DNA of 64,000 bases from Octopus vulgaris (taxonomy: Eukaryota): contig OX597819.1 of NCBI GenBank assembly GCA_951406725.2, positions 29,264,001 through 29,328,000 of the forward strand. The letters are read 5' to 3'. The position numbers were made by a program, and so were the translations under genes. The notes under the pieces were generated by a model that worked only from the letters and a program-made list of their open reading frames with translations, had not been told where the DNA came from and searched no databases. This document shows, piece by piece, positions 50,985 to 64,000 of this stretch (the stretch's first letter is position 1; each line of letters begins with the position of its first letter).

Positions 50985-51300
50985 TCCTGCAGAGTTCTAT
51001 GGCACCACTTTTATTACTATTTTAACACACCCTGTTCTTCAAAACTAGCTTATTGTGCTTAACTCCTTTTATTTTTAATGTCTTGGTCAGATGTAGAAGA
51101 ATAGCAGCTGTATTTCTTTTTATAAAGACTCTGAGGCAGATAGAGGAAGTTATCCTCAAATCTGGCTTGAATGCCAGCAACAGAGTGAGCTCTGATAAAG
51201 GCACCCAAGTATCAGCTGATGTGACATGAAGTCTACCACCCAAAAATAGGAACATGACACTGCCCACCTCTGACTGACTTCCGCATAGTTTCTGTCTTGA
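50985..51300 (-). pseudogene. Decayed LINE AP-endonuclease fragment, inverted relative to 52125-52365
   Basis: WVPLSELTLLLAFKPDLRITSS versus WVPLSGLTLLQAFRLNLKIASF; nucleotide reverse-complement similarity over about 250 nt. Confidence 0.55.
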
Positions 51301-52070
51301 AACTTTCATTCACAGGACAACCCATACTTGAATTTATCTGCTGCAACTGTATTTTTTGCTTACTGTTGCTCTTACAGTTTGTCTCTTTGTAAACCAAAAA
51401 CGAAGAGTAATATTTAGTCCTTCATTCTAAGAGAGAATGCTAACAGCTGAAACTGCAGTCCTACAAAAATTTATGATAATTTACTAATTTTAGCTCTCCT
51501 ACCAAAGTTTAAGGCAATTTACTAATTCTAGCATTTCAAACCATATATTAACTATATCAGTCTTATCTCTTTTTGCCTATCATCTTTATCAACATTTTCC
51601 AAAGGATATTGTCCTTCTTTAGACACAACAATAAACACACACACAAACACATACATATAGTGGCATTTCCTGCATGAATGCAAGCCACGTGAGGCATACC
51701 TAAGATACTCAAGAGGCAGTAAATAACAAATTAGATTTTAATATAAATCTTCAAATTTTGCGAGAAATAGCTATATGTACGCACCATCAATAAGACTTTA
51801 GATTATTTTTAAAAATTGCATACTACAGCTGAAATATCTGGAGTCATCACACACAGACAATGCATATACATATATTCATATATAAAAAATAGGTAACATA
51901 CATGTTTGCACATGCAAATGTTAGTAATATTAATATGCTGTGATCCTAAACAACAGTCAAAAAGAAAGGCAAATTTTATAACAAACTTCAGGAGTCACAT
52001 AAGAAGATGGCAAAATATGACTTGTTGCTGCTGTGTATAGGAGTCTTTAATGCTAAACTGGTAGCCAGTA

Positions 52071-52487
52071 ATGATGGTTGTTTTGAATATATATAAAGGG
52101 GGAAAATCAATTGGGAATTGGAAAATGGATATTTGGGTGCCTTTATCAGGGCTCACTCTCTTGCAAGCATTCAGGCTGAATCTGAAGATAGCTTCCTTCT
52201 TTGCCCCATCTGTCCTTGAAAAAAACAACCACACATGCTATCCCTCCTCACGTGATAAAGAGACATTAAAAGGACATGAAGCAGAGTTAAGTACAATGAG
52301 CGAGTTTTGAAGAAGAGAGTGTATTATAATAGTAATGAAAGAGTTGACATAGAACTCTGCAAGACAACCTTGCAGAATTTGATATCATAAGGGAGAAAGG
52401 CAATTTATAAGAAGATAGCTTTTCTGTGAGTGTAGCATGACAGGAAAAGGTGGGTGTGAATGAAACTGGATTGATAATAATTGCTAC

Positions 52488-52525
<38 letters not shown>

Positions 52526-54720
52526 CCCCAGACAGGGAACATTGAAATTAAATTGATCATGATGCAATTGATAAACAACAAATGTAAAGGCTAAGAGATA
52601 CTGAATTTGGCACTGATCATCAACTCACAAATTAAGCTAAAATGAGGATAAGAAATGGCTCCAAATTCTAATATAAAGAATAGAGACATAAAGAAGAGTT
52701 TATATATGAATGTAGAAATAGATTTATTGTTTTAGGGGCATTATTAATGAATGAAGATGAAACAAAGGGATGTGCATCAGATGCCAAATGATATTTAAGA
52801 AACCTTTCAAGAAGCAGCAAATAAAACAATTGGAAGTAAGGGAAGAACTACGAAGAAATGATGGCTTATAACTGAAATAAGGAACAATATAGAGGAAAGA
52901 AGATGGCAAAACAGAAACATGAAACTTTAATTGTGAGGAAAACTTACCTATTGTGAACACCAGTATGCAATAGCAAAAGTAAAAGGACTCTCTAAGCATG
53001 TCAATGGGAAGTAGCTGAATGATAGTGTGATTAAGACTGAAGTGCAAATAAATAGAAGGGAAGGATAGAATAACAGATTAGCTTATCAATCAATTAAATA
53101 AATTGGGAGCAGAGCCAAGAATAATAAAGAGATTTCAATTAGAGATACATATAAAAGTCTGCTGACTAAAGATAAAGAATAGATTGAAGGAACACTCTGA
53201 AGCAATTTTAAACAGACCAGTTCCACAAAATGAAGAAAATACACCTCCGAATGAACAAAATCTGGGTATTGAAATGGAAGAAATCACACTAGCTGAAGTC
53301 ACAAAGACTATAAAGCAATCAAATTATGAAGCACTGGATGTAGATGAAATCATGTTCAGCTCTTTTGATATTAACCTGGCCGTAGCTGGCCCAAAAATTT
53401 TTTGGTTCATAAGACCAACCCAGCTGTAACCGGCCGAGAGTATCCATTGTTATTTAAATGTGAATTTAAACACAAATCTCGTTAGTACATTTGTAAAAAT
53501 ACATGATTTCACTTTGTAAATAGTTGAGTTATAGTATCCAACATTGTTTGATGTGATATCTGAACTCAGTGAATTATGGGAGATTTTTTTCCCACATTTT
53601 TTCAGCATCGATTTTTTTTTCAACTTTGAAAATGGATATGAGTTTCATGCTATCAAGCAGTGATTCCTAATTTAAAGGTTTATCAACAGAAAACATGGAG
53701 ATATTGAGAAACAGAATGAATATGGTACAAAAGCATGGGGTGTATGAGAATGAATGGGATATTTCTGTATCCGAAACTGTAAGCAGCAATTCTGAAGAAA
53801 CTGAAAGTGGTGATAGCGACAGCAAAGACAATTTTACATTGGAATGCAGCATCAGAAAAATCTGAGGAGATGGGGGTCTATCTATAGTCTTTCTTAGAAA
53901 GTGAAACCGATAGACTTTTATTTTTTGCAGTGCACTTGTTTGAAGCGATCACTGCAGAAACAAACTGTTATGCAGAATGTAAACAGTATGCCCATGAAAT
54001 GGGGGATCAGGGGGATCAAAGTTTGGAAAATTTGTGAAGCAAACACTGGGTACTGCTGTGGATTTAGTTTTTATATAGGGAAAATAATGTTAGTCAGCAT
54101 GGCCTAGGGTATGATGTGGTCTGGAATTTATCACTTCCATACCATAACCAGGGCCGTATATTATTTTTTGATTGATTTTTTTTAGTTTGGTCAAACTTGT
54201 GGTGGTTTTAGGTGGATTCCAGTGTTTCAGTTTATTTCACCTTTATGGTACACCTGTTCTTCTGTGCATTAAATTCAGCTGATAATTTGGTGATGTGCAC
54301 AATTCTTCTATATCAAAATTTTGTTGCATACCCAATTGAATATTAGCTGATGATTCATTTTCTATGGTGATGTAATTAGAGTCACTTTGAGACAAAAGTT
54401 ATGCAATAGAATTGATTAAGAACCCTTTCTTTAATTATGTTCCAAATATCACATTAATATGTTGCTAAGTTAAAAAGTTACAGTTGTTTAATGAAACTAG
54501 TCTAAGTTCATAATTATTTTAGAATTTAATTGAAACTCATGAGGGGTGTATTTTGGTCAGAAATATAGTAATGAAAGAGTCAATACGGTTAAAAGTTAAC
54601 CGAATTATAACACTAATTGTGCTTAAAAGACTTAAAATTGTAGCTTGAAAATAAAGAAAATTTAAAAAGAATAGAAGTAGTCGTAATTAAAATACTTAAA
54701 GCTATATGTATGCAACAGGA
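52071..54720 (+). pseudogene. Highly decayed RTE-like LINE ORF (endonuclease to linker), interrupted by piggyBac
   Basis: Ordered motifs: WVPLS, KIASFFAP (cf. IIQVYAP), NSNERVDIELC (cf. N.NGERLIE.C), IDH, GTDHQL (SDH), RNRF, EHSEAILNRP, EEITLAEVTKTIKQ, ALDVDEI (cf. KAPG.DEI). Continuation after 54583 is weak. Confidence 0.6.
53354..54583 (+). mobile_element. Internally deleted piggyBac element with transposase pseudogene
   Basis: KPIDFYFL, MPMK..GIKVWKICEANTGYCCGFSFYIGK, then HGLGYDVVWNLSLPYHNQGRILFFD*FF (PGBD/DDE_Tnp_1_7-type). Degenerate ends ttcagctcttttgatattaacc and atagtaatgaaagagtcaa. Confidence 0.8.
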
Positions 54721-57700
54721 CTGGAATGTATTATTTTCGTCCCCCATAGTCATGTAATGTGTTCTGCAGAGTTATTTTAAGAACTGGGCCCAATAGTAAC
54801 AACATTTTAGGAGAGGTACTTGCAGATTTCATAAGTAAGAAATGATATGATGACAAAATTTTTAAAATAGGCACATTATACTTGAAATATGTAGCCGAAT
54901 TGAAATAAACAAGTGAAGGCAGTGCTCCAGCATGGCCACTGTTCAATCACTGAAGCTAGTAAAGATATGAACACATTTCTTCTATATTTACTTCTGATAC
55001 AACAGTTTTGTAGTAGTGGATATTCATATATCCTTTTCTTTTTGGAACTAATTGGTTCACAGCTACTTGTGAATCAGTCAACAATGGAGTAAATAGTAAG
55101 CTGGGTGAGTTCAATTCCTAGACTGGATGGTATGTTGCATCCCTGAACAGGGCCCATCATTTTACAGTGTTCCAGTCTACTTAGCTGTAATGACTACTAG
55201 CCCTCACCATCCTTCTCTCTATCTCTCTCTTTGTATAAACATTCTGAATGTTTTGATGAGTCAATATCAAGAGGACTAAGAGGTGTGTGTGCCTGTTTGT
55301 GATTATATTAGGTCTCTAAAGCAATTAGCAAGAACATGGTTTATGTTAAGGATACATGACAGTCACTGTTAGTAGGCTTGAACTCATGGCCTGTATAGTT
55401 GGTAAGCAACCCAATAAATCAGCCCAATAACCTTTTATGGTCATCTCTTTCTCATTCCCTCCGCTTTCTCACGCACACATACACTTCAAGCTATATTTGC
55501 ATTTTGATGAGTTGTCTAAAACACTTGCTGTGTAACTAAGAGTTAATACTGTTTATTCAGAACTTATTGATCTTAACAATCTGTCAGATTTTCTCTACTT
55601 GTATTTCATATGTTCTTATATTCATCAAACTATCTTAGCCAGTATGACTGCTATAAAGAGGACATTTTTGTGATGGGTCTTTATAAAGCAATAATTACTT
55701 CCTGCTATTTTTATGTCTGATTTTCTTCAATGTGACTTATATAAGTATTATCAATACTATTTCTAATAATATAATTCAGATTGCAGATAACCTTGAGTAA
55801 TAACAATTCTAAGGAAAATTACTTGTCTTTTTTATCCTTAGTCTAGAAATATTTTTTTCCTTCTTTCCTGCTAATTTTTAGACACCATTTTCTGAACCAT
55901 CATCTAAAAATATTTTAATCATACAAGGCACTAAATTCACTTAAGACTACTTTCACTTGATTAGCCCCTAAAAATATTTTAATATTTCCATTTGCTTGTT
56001 TCTTTTTTTTTTTTATCACTATTTTTATTTTTAGCCACAATTCCCTCCCCACCAATCTCAGCCATCCAACCATCATGAAAGGTGTTATGGTATCAAAATT
56101 CATATTATAATGCTTTTCATTTAACAGAAAGTGCCAAAAAGAAATAGGTTCACTCATGAAGTGGCACAGATATTATGTATATTTCTAACACAAAATCAAA
56201 ACTAAATAAAATTTACTTTTTCAAAGGACTGGATTTTCTTTCTATCTGAGCTCTATAATTTAGTTACTCAAAGATCTAATATTTGATTCTGTCACTTAAA
56301 CATTTAAAGATATTCCAAGTTAAACCAGGCAAGGCATCCCGTATCAGTGAGACAAGCAAGAAAAACAGGACTATTGATTCTTTCAGCATGACAAAATCAT
56401 TTCTGGTTATTTTGTATAATAATATTTATACTGCTTCACTAATTCTTACCCAAAGGTATATTAATTTATTATTAATAATAATAATGACTGAACCTTATTA
56501 AAAATTATACAGGCCTATAATAAAACTATCATAATAAAACATGCTCACTTTTCCTGTGGTTTTTATGAAACATTACTGTTTGAATAGCAAAAGCTTCAGA
56601 AATGTGATTTCAGAAGGTTATATGAAGATGTCAGAATTTTAAAACCAAAAGTCAATGAGATATATGTGGTGCACGGTTCATATCTGGACTGTTTTACTTG
56701 ACAGTTTCTCCAACTTATGTCCAATCTTCTATATATTGTTAACCATATTAAATATTGCTATAGAATTGCTAAAATAATTTTTTTTCTGGAATCCCAGGGA
56801 AATATAAGCATGCATAAACTCCAAAAGTCAATATCAATAAAAATGTTGTTTTTTTTCCTATAAACCAATTTCCCTCCAAAACTACCAGCAAAGATGTTCA
56901 AACTTTTGTCTCTGCAGCAATAACTTCCATAACCTTTAGATATACTAATGGAAAAGGAGAAAAAAAAAAGGCTAAACAATAATTGTAACCATTTTCTTTG
57001 TGTCTATGGTTTTGTTGGGATAAAGAAATAAATGTATTCAAATGTCTCTGAAGTAATGCTTACTGGGAATTTTCTCATGCTCAAATCTCACAAACTGATA
57101 ATTCCAAGGATGAGAAAGCAGGTAAAATTGTCAACACACACACACACATGCAAATGTTACAACTGAGATATAAAATAGGTTGAAATTAATCTTTACATTC
57201 TCTAAATGGCAAACCACACAGTCTGATCATTCATCTATTTGTCCTTATGAAAACTGTGCCTCCAGGTAATTTTTGTACACAACAAAAACTATTCTGGATA
57301 TTCAGAGGTTTTATTACTATTGCAGTACTGGAATGAATTAGATGCAAATTTAATTAGGTACTAGAAAGTAGAAAGTTGGTGTACAACAAAAACTTTTACA
57401 ACAAACTTGATAGAACATAATATTATGACCCACAACATTGCTAAAATAAGAATTATGGAATTATAGAGCATAGTCCCAAACAAAAATGAAATGAAAGCCT
57501 AATGGGTGAGCAGACGTTAATTTAAGTGCCATCATTGTTATGTAATATTCATATGAATTTTAGTTGTGAACTATGAAGACATTGAATGAAAAAGATGGCA
57601 TTCCAAAACAACAACAAAGAAATCATAACACATTGACAATGATACATATAGACAATGATGTATGAAGGCAATGGTTCACATATAGACAATGATGTACAAA

Positions 57701-58509
57701 GAAGACAATGATAATGCATCTCTTAAACACTCCTATAATTGCTTCTTGCTATTTATAGTTATCTGATTGTTGTATAAGGTCACTTTTTGTAGAAATGAAG
57801 TGTTTAGTTGGCTAGACTGACACCAGAATATTCTACCTATTTTAGTCACTTCAAGGGATGAAAAACAAAGACACCTCAAGCAAGCTTTCAACTATGAAAT
57901 TGAGACAATACAAAATTTAGGCATTTAGCACAATGTTCTACTTACTAATCTCTGAATAATTTTAGGAAAATTATTGAATGACAATTAAATGTCATTATTT
58001 TATAGTTTTGAATTTACAATGAAACACTGATGTGGGAACTCAATACTGAGAACAGAGTAAAATTTGTATTGACTGGGATCTTACTGGAATTTTATACAAT
58101 CAATGAAGAAAACTTTATTTTTGGAACTTATGTAGGAAAACCAAGTAAAACTTCATTAAAAGAGTGAAGAAGAGGAATGTTAATGTAGTTTTTTTACATT
58201 TGCTGTAAAAATTACAAAGCAAGGAATTTTAAATTCTATTTTAAAGGTGGCAGAAATCTGATGGGAAATTTAACAATTCCTGGATTTTATTTGGATATAC
58301 AGGTAATTTTTAGGTAGATTTGTGTTGGGGAAGGAAGATCAGTTCCTATGACAATTTACAAATCCCACAGGTAATGTTCCATCCACATCACATTTATAGT
58401 GGCACAATCATTATAGGATTAGAAAACAATTGTCTTTTTCATAATTTTATTTTGGGGTTTGTCCCCCTTCAACTGAGGGGTTTTGTCTTGCAAATTATTG
58501 CTGTTGCTG

Positions 58510-58680
58510 CTTAAAAAGCATCCAGAACACTGCAAAGTATTTGGCATTAGGAAAGGCATCCAGTGATAGAAAGCATGCAAAATATAGAAAGTGGAATCTG
58601 GTGTAGTCTTCTAACTTGCCATCTCCTGCCAAACCTTCCAGCCCATGACAGTGTAGAAGGTGGATATTAAATCATGATCA
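58510..58680 (+). mobile_element. Old RTE-X 3' tail fragment
   Basis: ttggcattaggaaaggcatccag...cccatgacagtgtagaaggtggatattaaatcatgat. Confidence 0.6.
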
Positions 58681-59273
58681 CGGTAACTGACTATTTCTAA
58701 AGGTTTGATATATTGTAAAAAGTTCTAAATACATGCTTACCAGCTGAAGCTAGTATTGTGATGTTGCAAATTTCAACAAATGCATTTCAAGATGGGGTGG
58801 TTCTTTAGTATATCTTTGAACAGTTAGTTAGGATTTAGAATAAATAATACAAAATACGATTTGCGATGGAGGTAACAGATTAAAGCTAACTGCAGCAGTG
58901 AATTAGTAAGTATAACATTTATAGATGATTGATATTCACAAAATATATTGATTCATAGACAAATGCAGAGTATTTCCTTATAATAGCATACTACATAAAG
59001 TGGTACCAAGCTTCAAAGAGCATTCTACGTTAATCTTTTTTCTTCTCCCAAATTATTTCAAATACTTTAATTTTCTAAGAAAACTTCACAGTGTACCATA
59101 ATTTACTCAACAAATCTCCAAGCTTTCATTCAATAAAATGCTTTGTTTGTATATTTATTTATGAAACCAGGTTAGTTAAAGAAAAGAGGTAGATCTAAAA
59201 GAAGTTCATTATCCACATTGCTTTAAAGTGGGAAAAATAGTGCAAATATGTGTAACATATTCTTATTTTATTT

Positions 59274-59315
<42 letters not shown>

Positions 59316-59454
59316 ATGTGTTATGTGTAAGCACATCTTATCTTAAGATATGTATAAGCACACAGATACACACAATCATGCACAACTGAGCTTGGAGAAA
59401 AGTTTGGAGTAGAGAGTCAAGTTGGGGTCGTCGTTGTCATCATCATTATTGATA

Positions 59455-59668
59455 AGGCGGTGAGCTGGCAGAATCATTAGCATGCCGGGCAAAATGCTTA
59501 GTTGCATTTTGTCTGTCATTACGTTCTAAGTTCAAATTCCACCAAAGTTGACTTTGCTTTTTATCCTATTGGTGTCGATAAAATAAGTACCAGTTGAGTA
59601 CTGGGGTTGATGTAATTGACTATCCTCTACCCAAAATTTCAGAACTTGTGCCTACAGTAGAAAGTATT
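59455..59668 (+). mobile_element. SINE family B
   Basis: ggcggtgagctggcagaatcattagc...tacagtagaaag. Confidence 0.85.
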
Positions 59669-59865
59669 ATTACCTCTGCCTTAGTGAAGGTGGAGGTATT
59701 GTTTTCAGTTGTGTTTGTTGGTTTTTTTTTGTCCATGGACAAGATATCTCAAAAACCGCTGGATGAATTCAGATGAAACTTTCAGAGATGTTTGGCCTCA
59801 TGACTGGCACGAACTGGTTAGATTTGGGGATCAATCTGGTACCAGACAAGGATTCTGGAATATTT
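59669..59865. mobile_element. Helentron-associated (HINE/DINE-1-like) element fragment
   Basis: Terminal hairpin tacctctgcc-ttagtgaa-ggtggaggta, then caagatatctcaaaaaccgctggatgaatt..gatgaaacttt core. Confidence 0.6.
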
Positions 59866-60151
59866 GCTATATTTACTTCATTTTACAAGTCTATCTCTGA
59901 AGACTGAAACAAGCAAAAGATAATATACATACATACATACATATATACACACACACACACACACACATTCAAAAGATAATATACACACACAAACAAGCAA
60001 AAGATAATACAAACACACACACACACACACACATTCATATATATCTATACACACATAGCCATACATAAATACACTCACACACACATGCACGCACACATAT
60101 ATGCACATACATATTTGATAAATCATTATTTGCACAGTGAACAGGAAATCT

Positions 60152-60305
60152 GAAATTGGCGTTAGGAAGGGCATCCAGCTGTAGAAACACTGCCAGATCA
60201 GACTGGAGCCTGGTGCAGCCTCCTGGCTTCCCAGACCCCGGTCGAACCATCCAACCCGTGCTAGCACAGGAAACGGACGTTAAATGATGATGATGATGAT
60301 GATGA
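60152..60305 (+). mobile_element. Young RTE-X 3' tail copy
   Basis: ttggcgttaggaagggcatccagctgtagaaac...ggaaacggacgttaaa(tga)n. Confidence 0.8.
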
Positions 60306-61386
60306 AGTCTGCTATGAATTTTAGCTTTGCGTTGCTCTTGATAAGTGGGGATGTAGGCTTTGGTATTGCCTTTAAAAAACTATTGTATTTATGTGTTGGT
60401 GCTATTGAATTAAAGAATGTAGTTAAGTAAACACTTTGCTATAGGTTTTAATTAAAAAAGAAGGAGTACATTGGTAAATTCTGTTGCTATATTAGGGTTA
60501 GTTCTGTATACAGAAGTTATAAAAGAGGAGTATAATGAAGTCTCATTTGTGACAGACTGTGTGATTACAGCCTACACTGAAAAGTTCAATAGTGGAAAAG
60601 AAGAAAAAGAATCACAGAGATATTTGGACCCTGAAGTTGATCTGAGTTGATATTGTAAGGGGGTCAGTTGAGCTTTGTCAACACAACATATTAGTAAAGT
60701 GATTTATTTATCACACTTTATTGCACAAGATCAATCAATACCATTCCATTAACACACACAATTATATATAAAGAAATATCTAAACTGGTGTATGCATTAA
60801 GTCACATATGTTTGAATTAAAGCTGGATAAACACGAAGCTATAAAGAATGAATATTATTTTGTGACACTCTGTGTATGTAATTATAAAAAGACTTTCATA
60901 TAATTTTGCTTCACAATTACTTTGATTTATTAATAGTCAGGGTATAGAAAATATATTAAAATTAAGAGACAAACATAACATGAGCTTAAATCTGAATAGC
61001 AAGTATACAAACAACAGCTGCAACTGTTTGTTATTGCTACACAAGTAAAACGATATTTCATTGTTTTTTTTTTCTTTTTCATACATTATTTTGCATATTC
61101 AAGATTATTGTCTATTGAAATACAATATCTCCTTTTGGTTACAGCAATGCCAATTTAATAAAGTTATTTGAGCCTAAAAGGATTTTTATGTAAAAGTAAA
61201 AAGAAGAATGTAAAAAGAGGTTGATTAAACATACATTGGTGCAGCAATGGTATATATATATATATATATAATAAAACAGATTGACGTATAAGGTGAAATG
61301 ATTGTTGGTGTTTTCATTAACTGTTTTGAAACATGTTCTTGGTAAAAGCAATTTACGCAAAAATATTACTATGAAGAGTTCATGTT

Positions 61387-61424
<38 letters not shown>

Positions 61425-62042
61425 TAACACACACACACACACACACAAGTTTATGTCAGCAACATTGTTTTACACTTGAGCTCAAATAAGAGCACAGTAT
61501 GAAATATTTACCTCTCAGGAGTAAATTTCTTCAGAATCAATGTATACCAATTATAAAGAACTAACAAGGGATATTCATAATTATTAAACAAACATCAGCA
61601 CATCCTTTGGTAACTACCAGATCAATGATGTGCTAACTAGATTTCCAGGAAATGTATTTTGTTAAAGCAATCATTACTGTAGCTGGTTTCAACCTCATTA
61701 TATAATTGAAATGAGTAAGGGCAATAATCAAACTAGGTACAAATTGGAAAAACTACTTTATTGCCATAGAGACTGGTTCAGTTTAAAGATGTGAATACCA
61801 ACTTTAAAGTATAATTTTGTTGCTAAATGTACATACAAGTACGTCATAATGTAATACATCAAGTTAGCAAGAAATGACTTTCCAGTGTTGTTCAGATTTT
61901 TAGCCTTCAAAATAGAAATAATTTTTTTCCCCCACTTTTTGTTAATATTAATATTGAAATATAAGCTTTTATACAAATAGAGGCATTGAAAACAAATGTT
62001 GTTAAATGGTCTTAATAGCAGGCTTCTAAAACAAAGGACATA

Positions 62043-62252
62043 TACTCTTTTACTTGTTTCAGTCATTTGACTGTGGCCATGCTGGAGCACCGCCTTTTGG
62101 TCAAGCAAATCAACCCCAGGACTTATTCTTTGTAAGCCTAGTACTTATTCTATCAGTCTCTTTTGCCGAACTGCTAAGTTACAGGGACTTAAACACACCA
62201 GCATTGGTTGTCAAGTGATGTTGGGGGGACAAACACAGACTCACAAACATAT

Positions 62253-62307
<55 letters not shown>

Positions 62308-62468
62308 ACAGGCTTCTTTCAGTTTCCGTCTACCAAATCCACTCACAAGACTTTGGTTAACCCGAGGCTATAGTAGAAGACACTTGCCCATGGTGCCATG
62401 CAGTGGGATTGAACCCAGAACCATGTGGTTGGTAAGCAAGCTACTTACCACACAGCCTCTCCTACACC
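62043..62468 (-). mobile_element. SINE family A
   Basis: Colinear with the reverse complement of 28093-28490. Confidence 0.9.
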
Positions 62469-62501
62469 TATATATAAACTTTTCTATGATAATTGAAGCA
62501 T

Positions 62502-63965
62502 ATCATCATCATCATCTTTTAATGTCCACTTTCCATGTTGGAATTGGATTGAATGGTTTGACAAGTGCTGGTAAGCTGACAGGCTAAGTCAAGCCTTATT
62601 GTCTCTTTCAGCATAGTTTCTATGGCTGGATGCGCTTCCTAACACCAACCACCTTACAGAGTGTACTGGGTGCTTTATTGGCAGGGTTCACCAAATACCT
62701 TGCAAGACAAGACAAAGTCCCCTCCCTAACTGAGGGAAGTAGTGTTGAGGAATGTAGGCTTGTACCTATTGATCAGAGGTTAAAAGAATAGAAGGATAGA
62801 AATAAGTATGTTGCTGTAGAAGAGATACAAGGATATCCCAGTTTGAGAAGATGGGAGAAGGAGACTTGAAGAGAAAGATAGAGATGGCAAGAGTGGGAGA
62901 GATGGTGGTGGTGGAGATGTGTTGATATACTCTCAGGGCAAAGTGTGGTGGGTGATACAGGTGAAGAGGTGGAAGGATGGAAAATTTCATAAGAATGTGA
63001 GGAGAGGTGGTTAGATGTGATAGATATGGCTGTAGTAATTGAAGGTGAGAGGTATAGAAATGGCTCAGGTGGGAGTGGGGGTTAGATTAGATATGTGAGG
63101 ACATTAGGAGAGACAGGGGTTGAAAGAGGTGTAAGGAGGGATGGAGTATAATAGAGAGGAGGAAGCAAAGCTGGAAGAAAATAGTGAAGAAACGAAGTGA
63201 TTCTAAGGATGGAGTCTAGCAGAGGGGAGGGAGAGAGAGAGAGAGAGAGCAATGGAAGTGGTTCTGGGAGAGAAAAGAAAAGAGAAGGTATGAAAGGGGT
63301 GAGCTGGCAGAATCGTTAGCACGCCGGGCGAAATGCTTAGCGGTATTTCGTCTGTGTTACGTTGTGAGTTCAAATTCCGCTGAGGTCAACTTTGCCTTTC
63401 ATCCTTTCGGGGTCGATAAATTAAGTACCAGTTATGCACTGGGGGTCGATGTAATCGACTTAATACCTATGTCTGTCCTTGTTTTCCCCTCTGTGTTTGG
63501 CCCCTTGTGGGTAATAAAGAAATAGGTATGAAAGGGGGTGTGAGTGTGTAGATTGTACCTATTCTGCTCTCAGGTGATTATGATAGCTCAATCGTACAGA
63601 GATAAAGAAGTAACGAGTGAAGGGAGTGAAGATGTGGAGGAAGCTTGACGGGGGGCAATACGGGGGAACCGAGGTGAGGCTGAGCTTCGTATGTACAAGC
63701 AATTACCAAGGTAGTTTTAAGGTATCAATTCAGTTGTGGTAGGCAGGATTTCTCAAGCACCAGTAAGGCACCAGATCTTGGTCCTTTGCCATCTCCTCCA
63801 TAACACTCAGTATCTTGAGCTTGGCTCTCATGTCTTCCTGAGTCTCCTTCTTCTATAAATTTCTTCCACTGTAAGTGATCTGCACTTCTTTATGCAACAT
63901 TCCTTATCCATACACATCACTCTGTACCACCAGTCTTCTCCCCTGAACATTAACCTTTTATTGTT
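62502..63965 (-). pseudogene. RTE-X LINE 3' portion with pyrimidine-rich 3' UTR of about 1.2 kb
   Basis: Minus strand 63750-63960 reads VQGRRL..VMCMDKECCIKKCRSLTVEG..RKT..LKILSVMEEMAKDQDL, homologous to 42700-42925. (GAT)n tail at 62502. Confidence 0.7.
63300..63523 (+). mobile_element. Young family B SINE inside the LINE 3' UTR
   Basis: 14-bp TSD aggtatgaaagggg at 63286-63299 and 63524-63537. Confidence 0.9.
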
Positions 63966-64000
63966 CAGATTATTCAATCAAACATAATGCCTATTGATTC

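Noticed and set aside
103-62990. Remaining ORFs of 60-130 aa in the track
   Set aside because: They are short and mostly lie in SINEs or microsatellites ([12 protein letters not shown] runs); no host gene homology recognised.

Overview
AT-rich, repeat-dense eukaryotic non-coding DNA with no recognisable host protein-coding gene. Nearly all ORFs in the track are microsatellite or SINE artefacts. The repeat families resemble octopus (coleoid) tRNA-derived SINEs; this species assignment is inference from recall, not a search. The window holds dozens of SINE copies from at least five modular families (working labels A, A', B, D, E), decayed RTE/RTE-X LINE fragments, a decayed piggyBac transposase element with two piggyBac-type MITE families, Helitron/Helentron-like elements, and many micro- and minisatellites. 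The most notable signal is a set of four short foldback (inverted-repeat) insertions with unrelated sequences but shared architecture. Each has a complete, degenerate or truncated minimal hammerhead ribozyme motif near the inner end of its arms, reading outward, and three of the four sit in (TA)n tracts. A fifth element joins a tRNA-type Pol III head to a decayed hammerhead-like tail. Together they suggest a Penelope-like/retrozyme-like system of ribozyme-bearing non-autonomous retroelements. Repeat boundaries were read by eye and are approximate unless a TSD is given.
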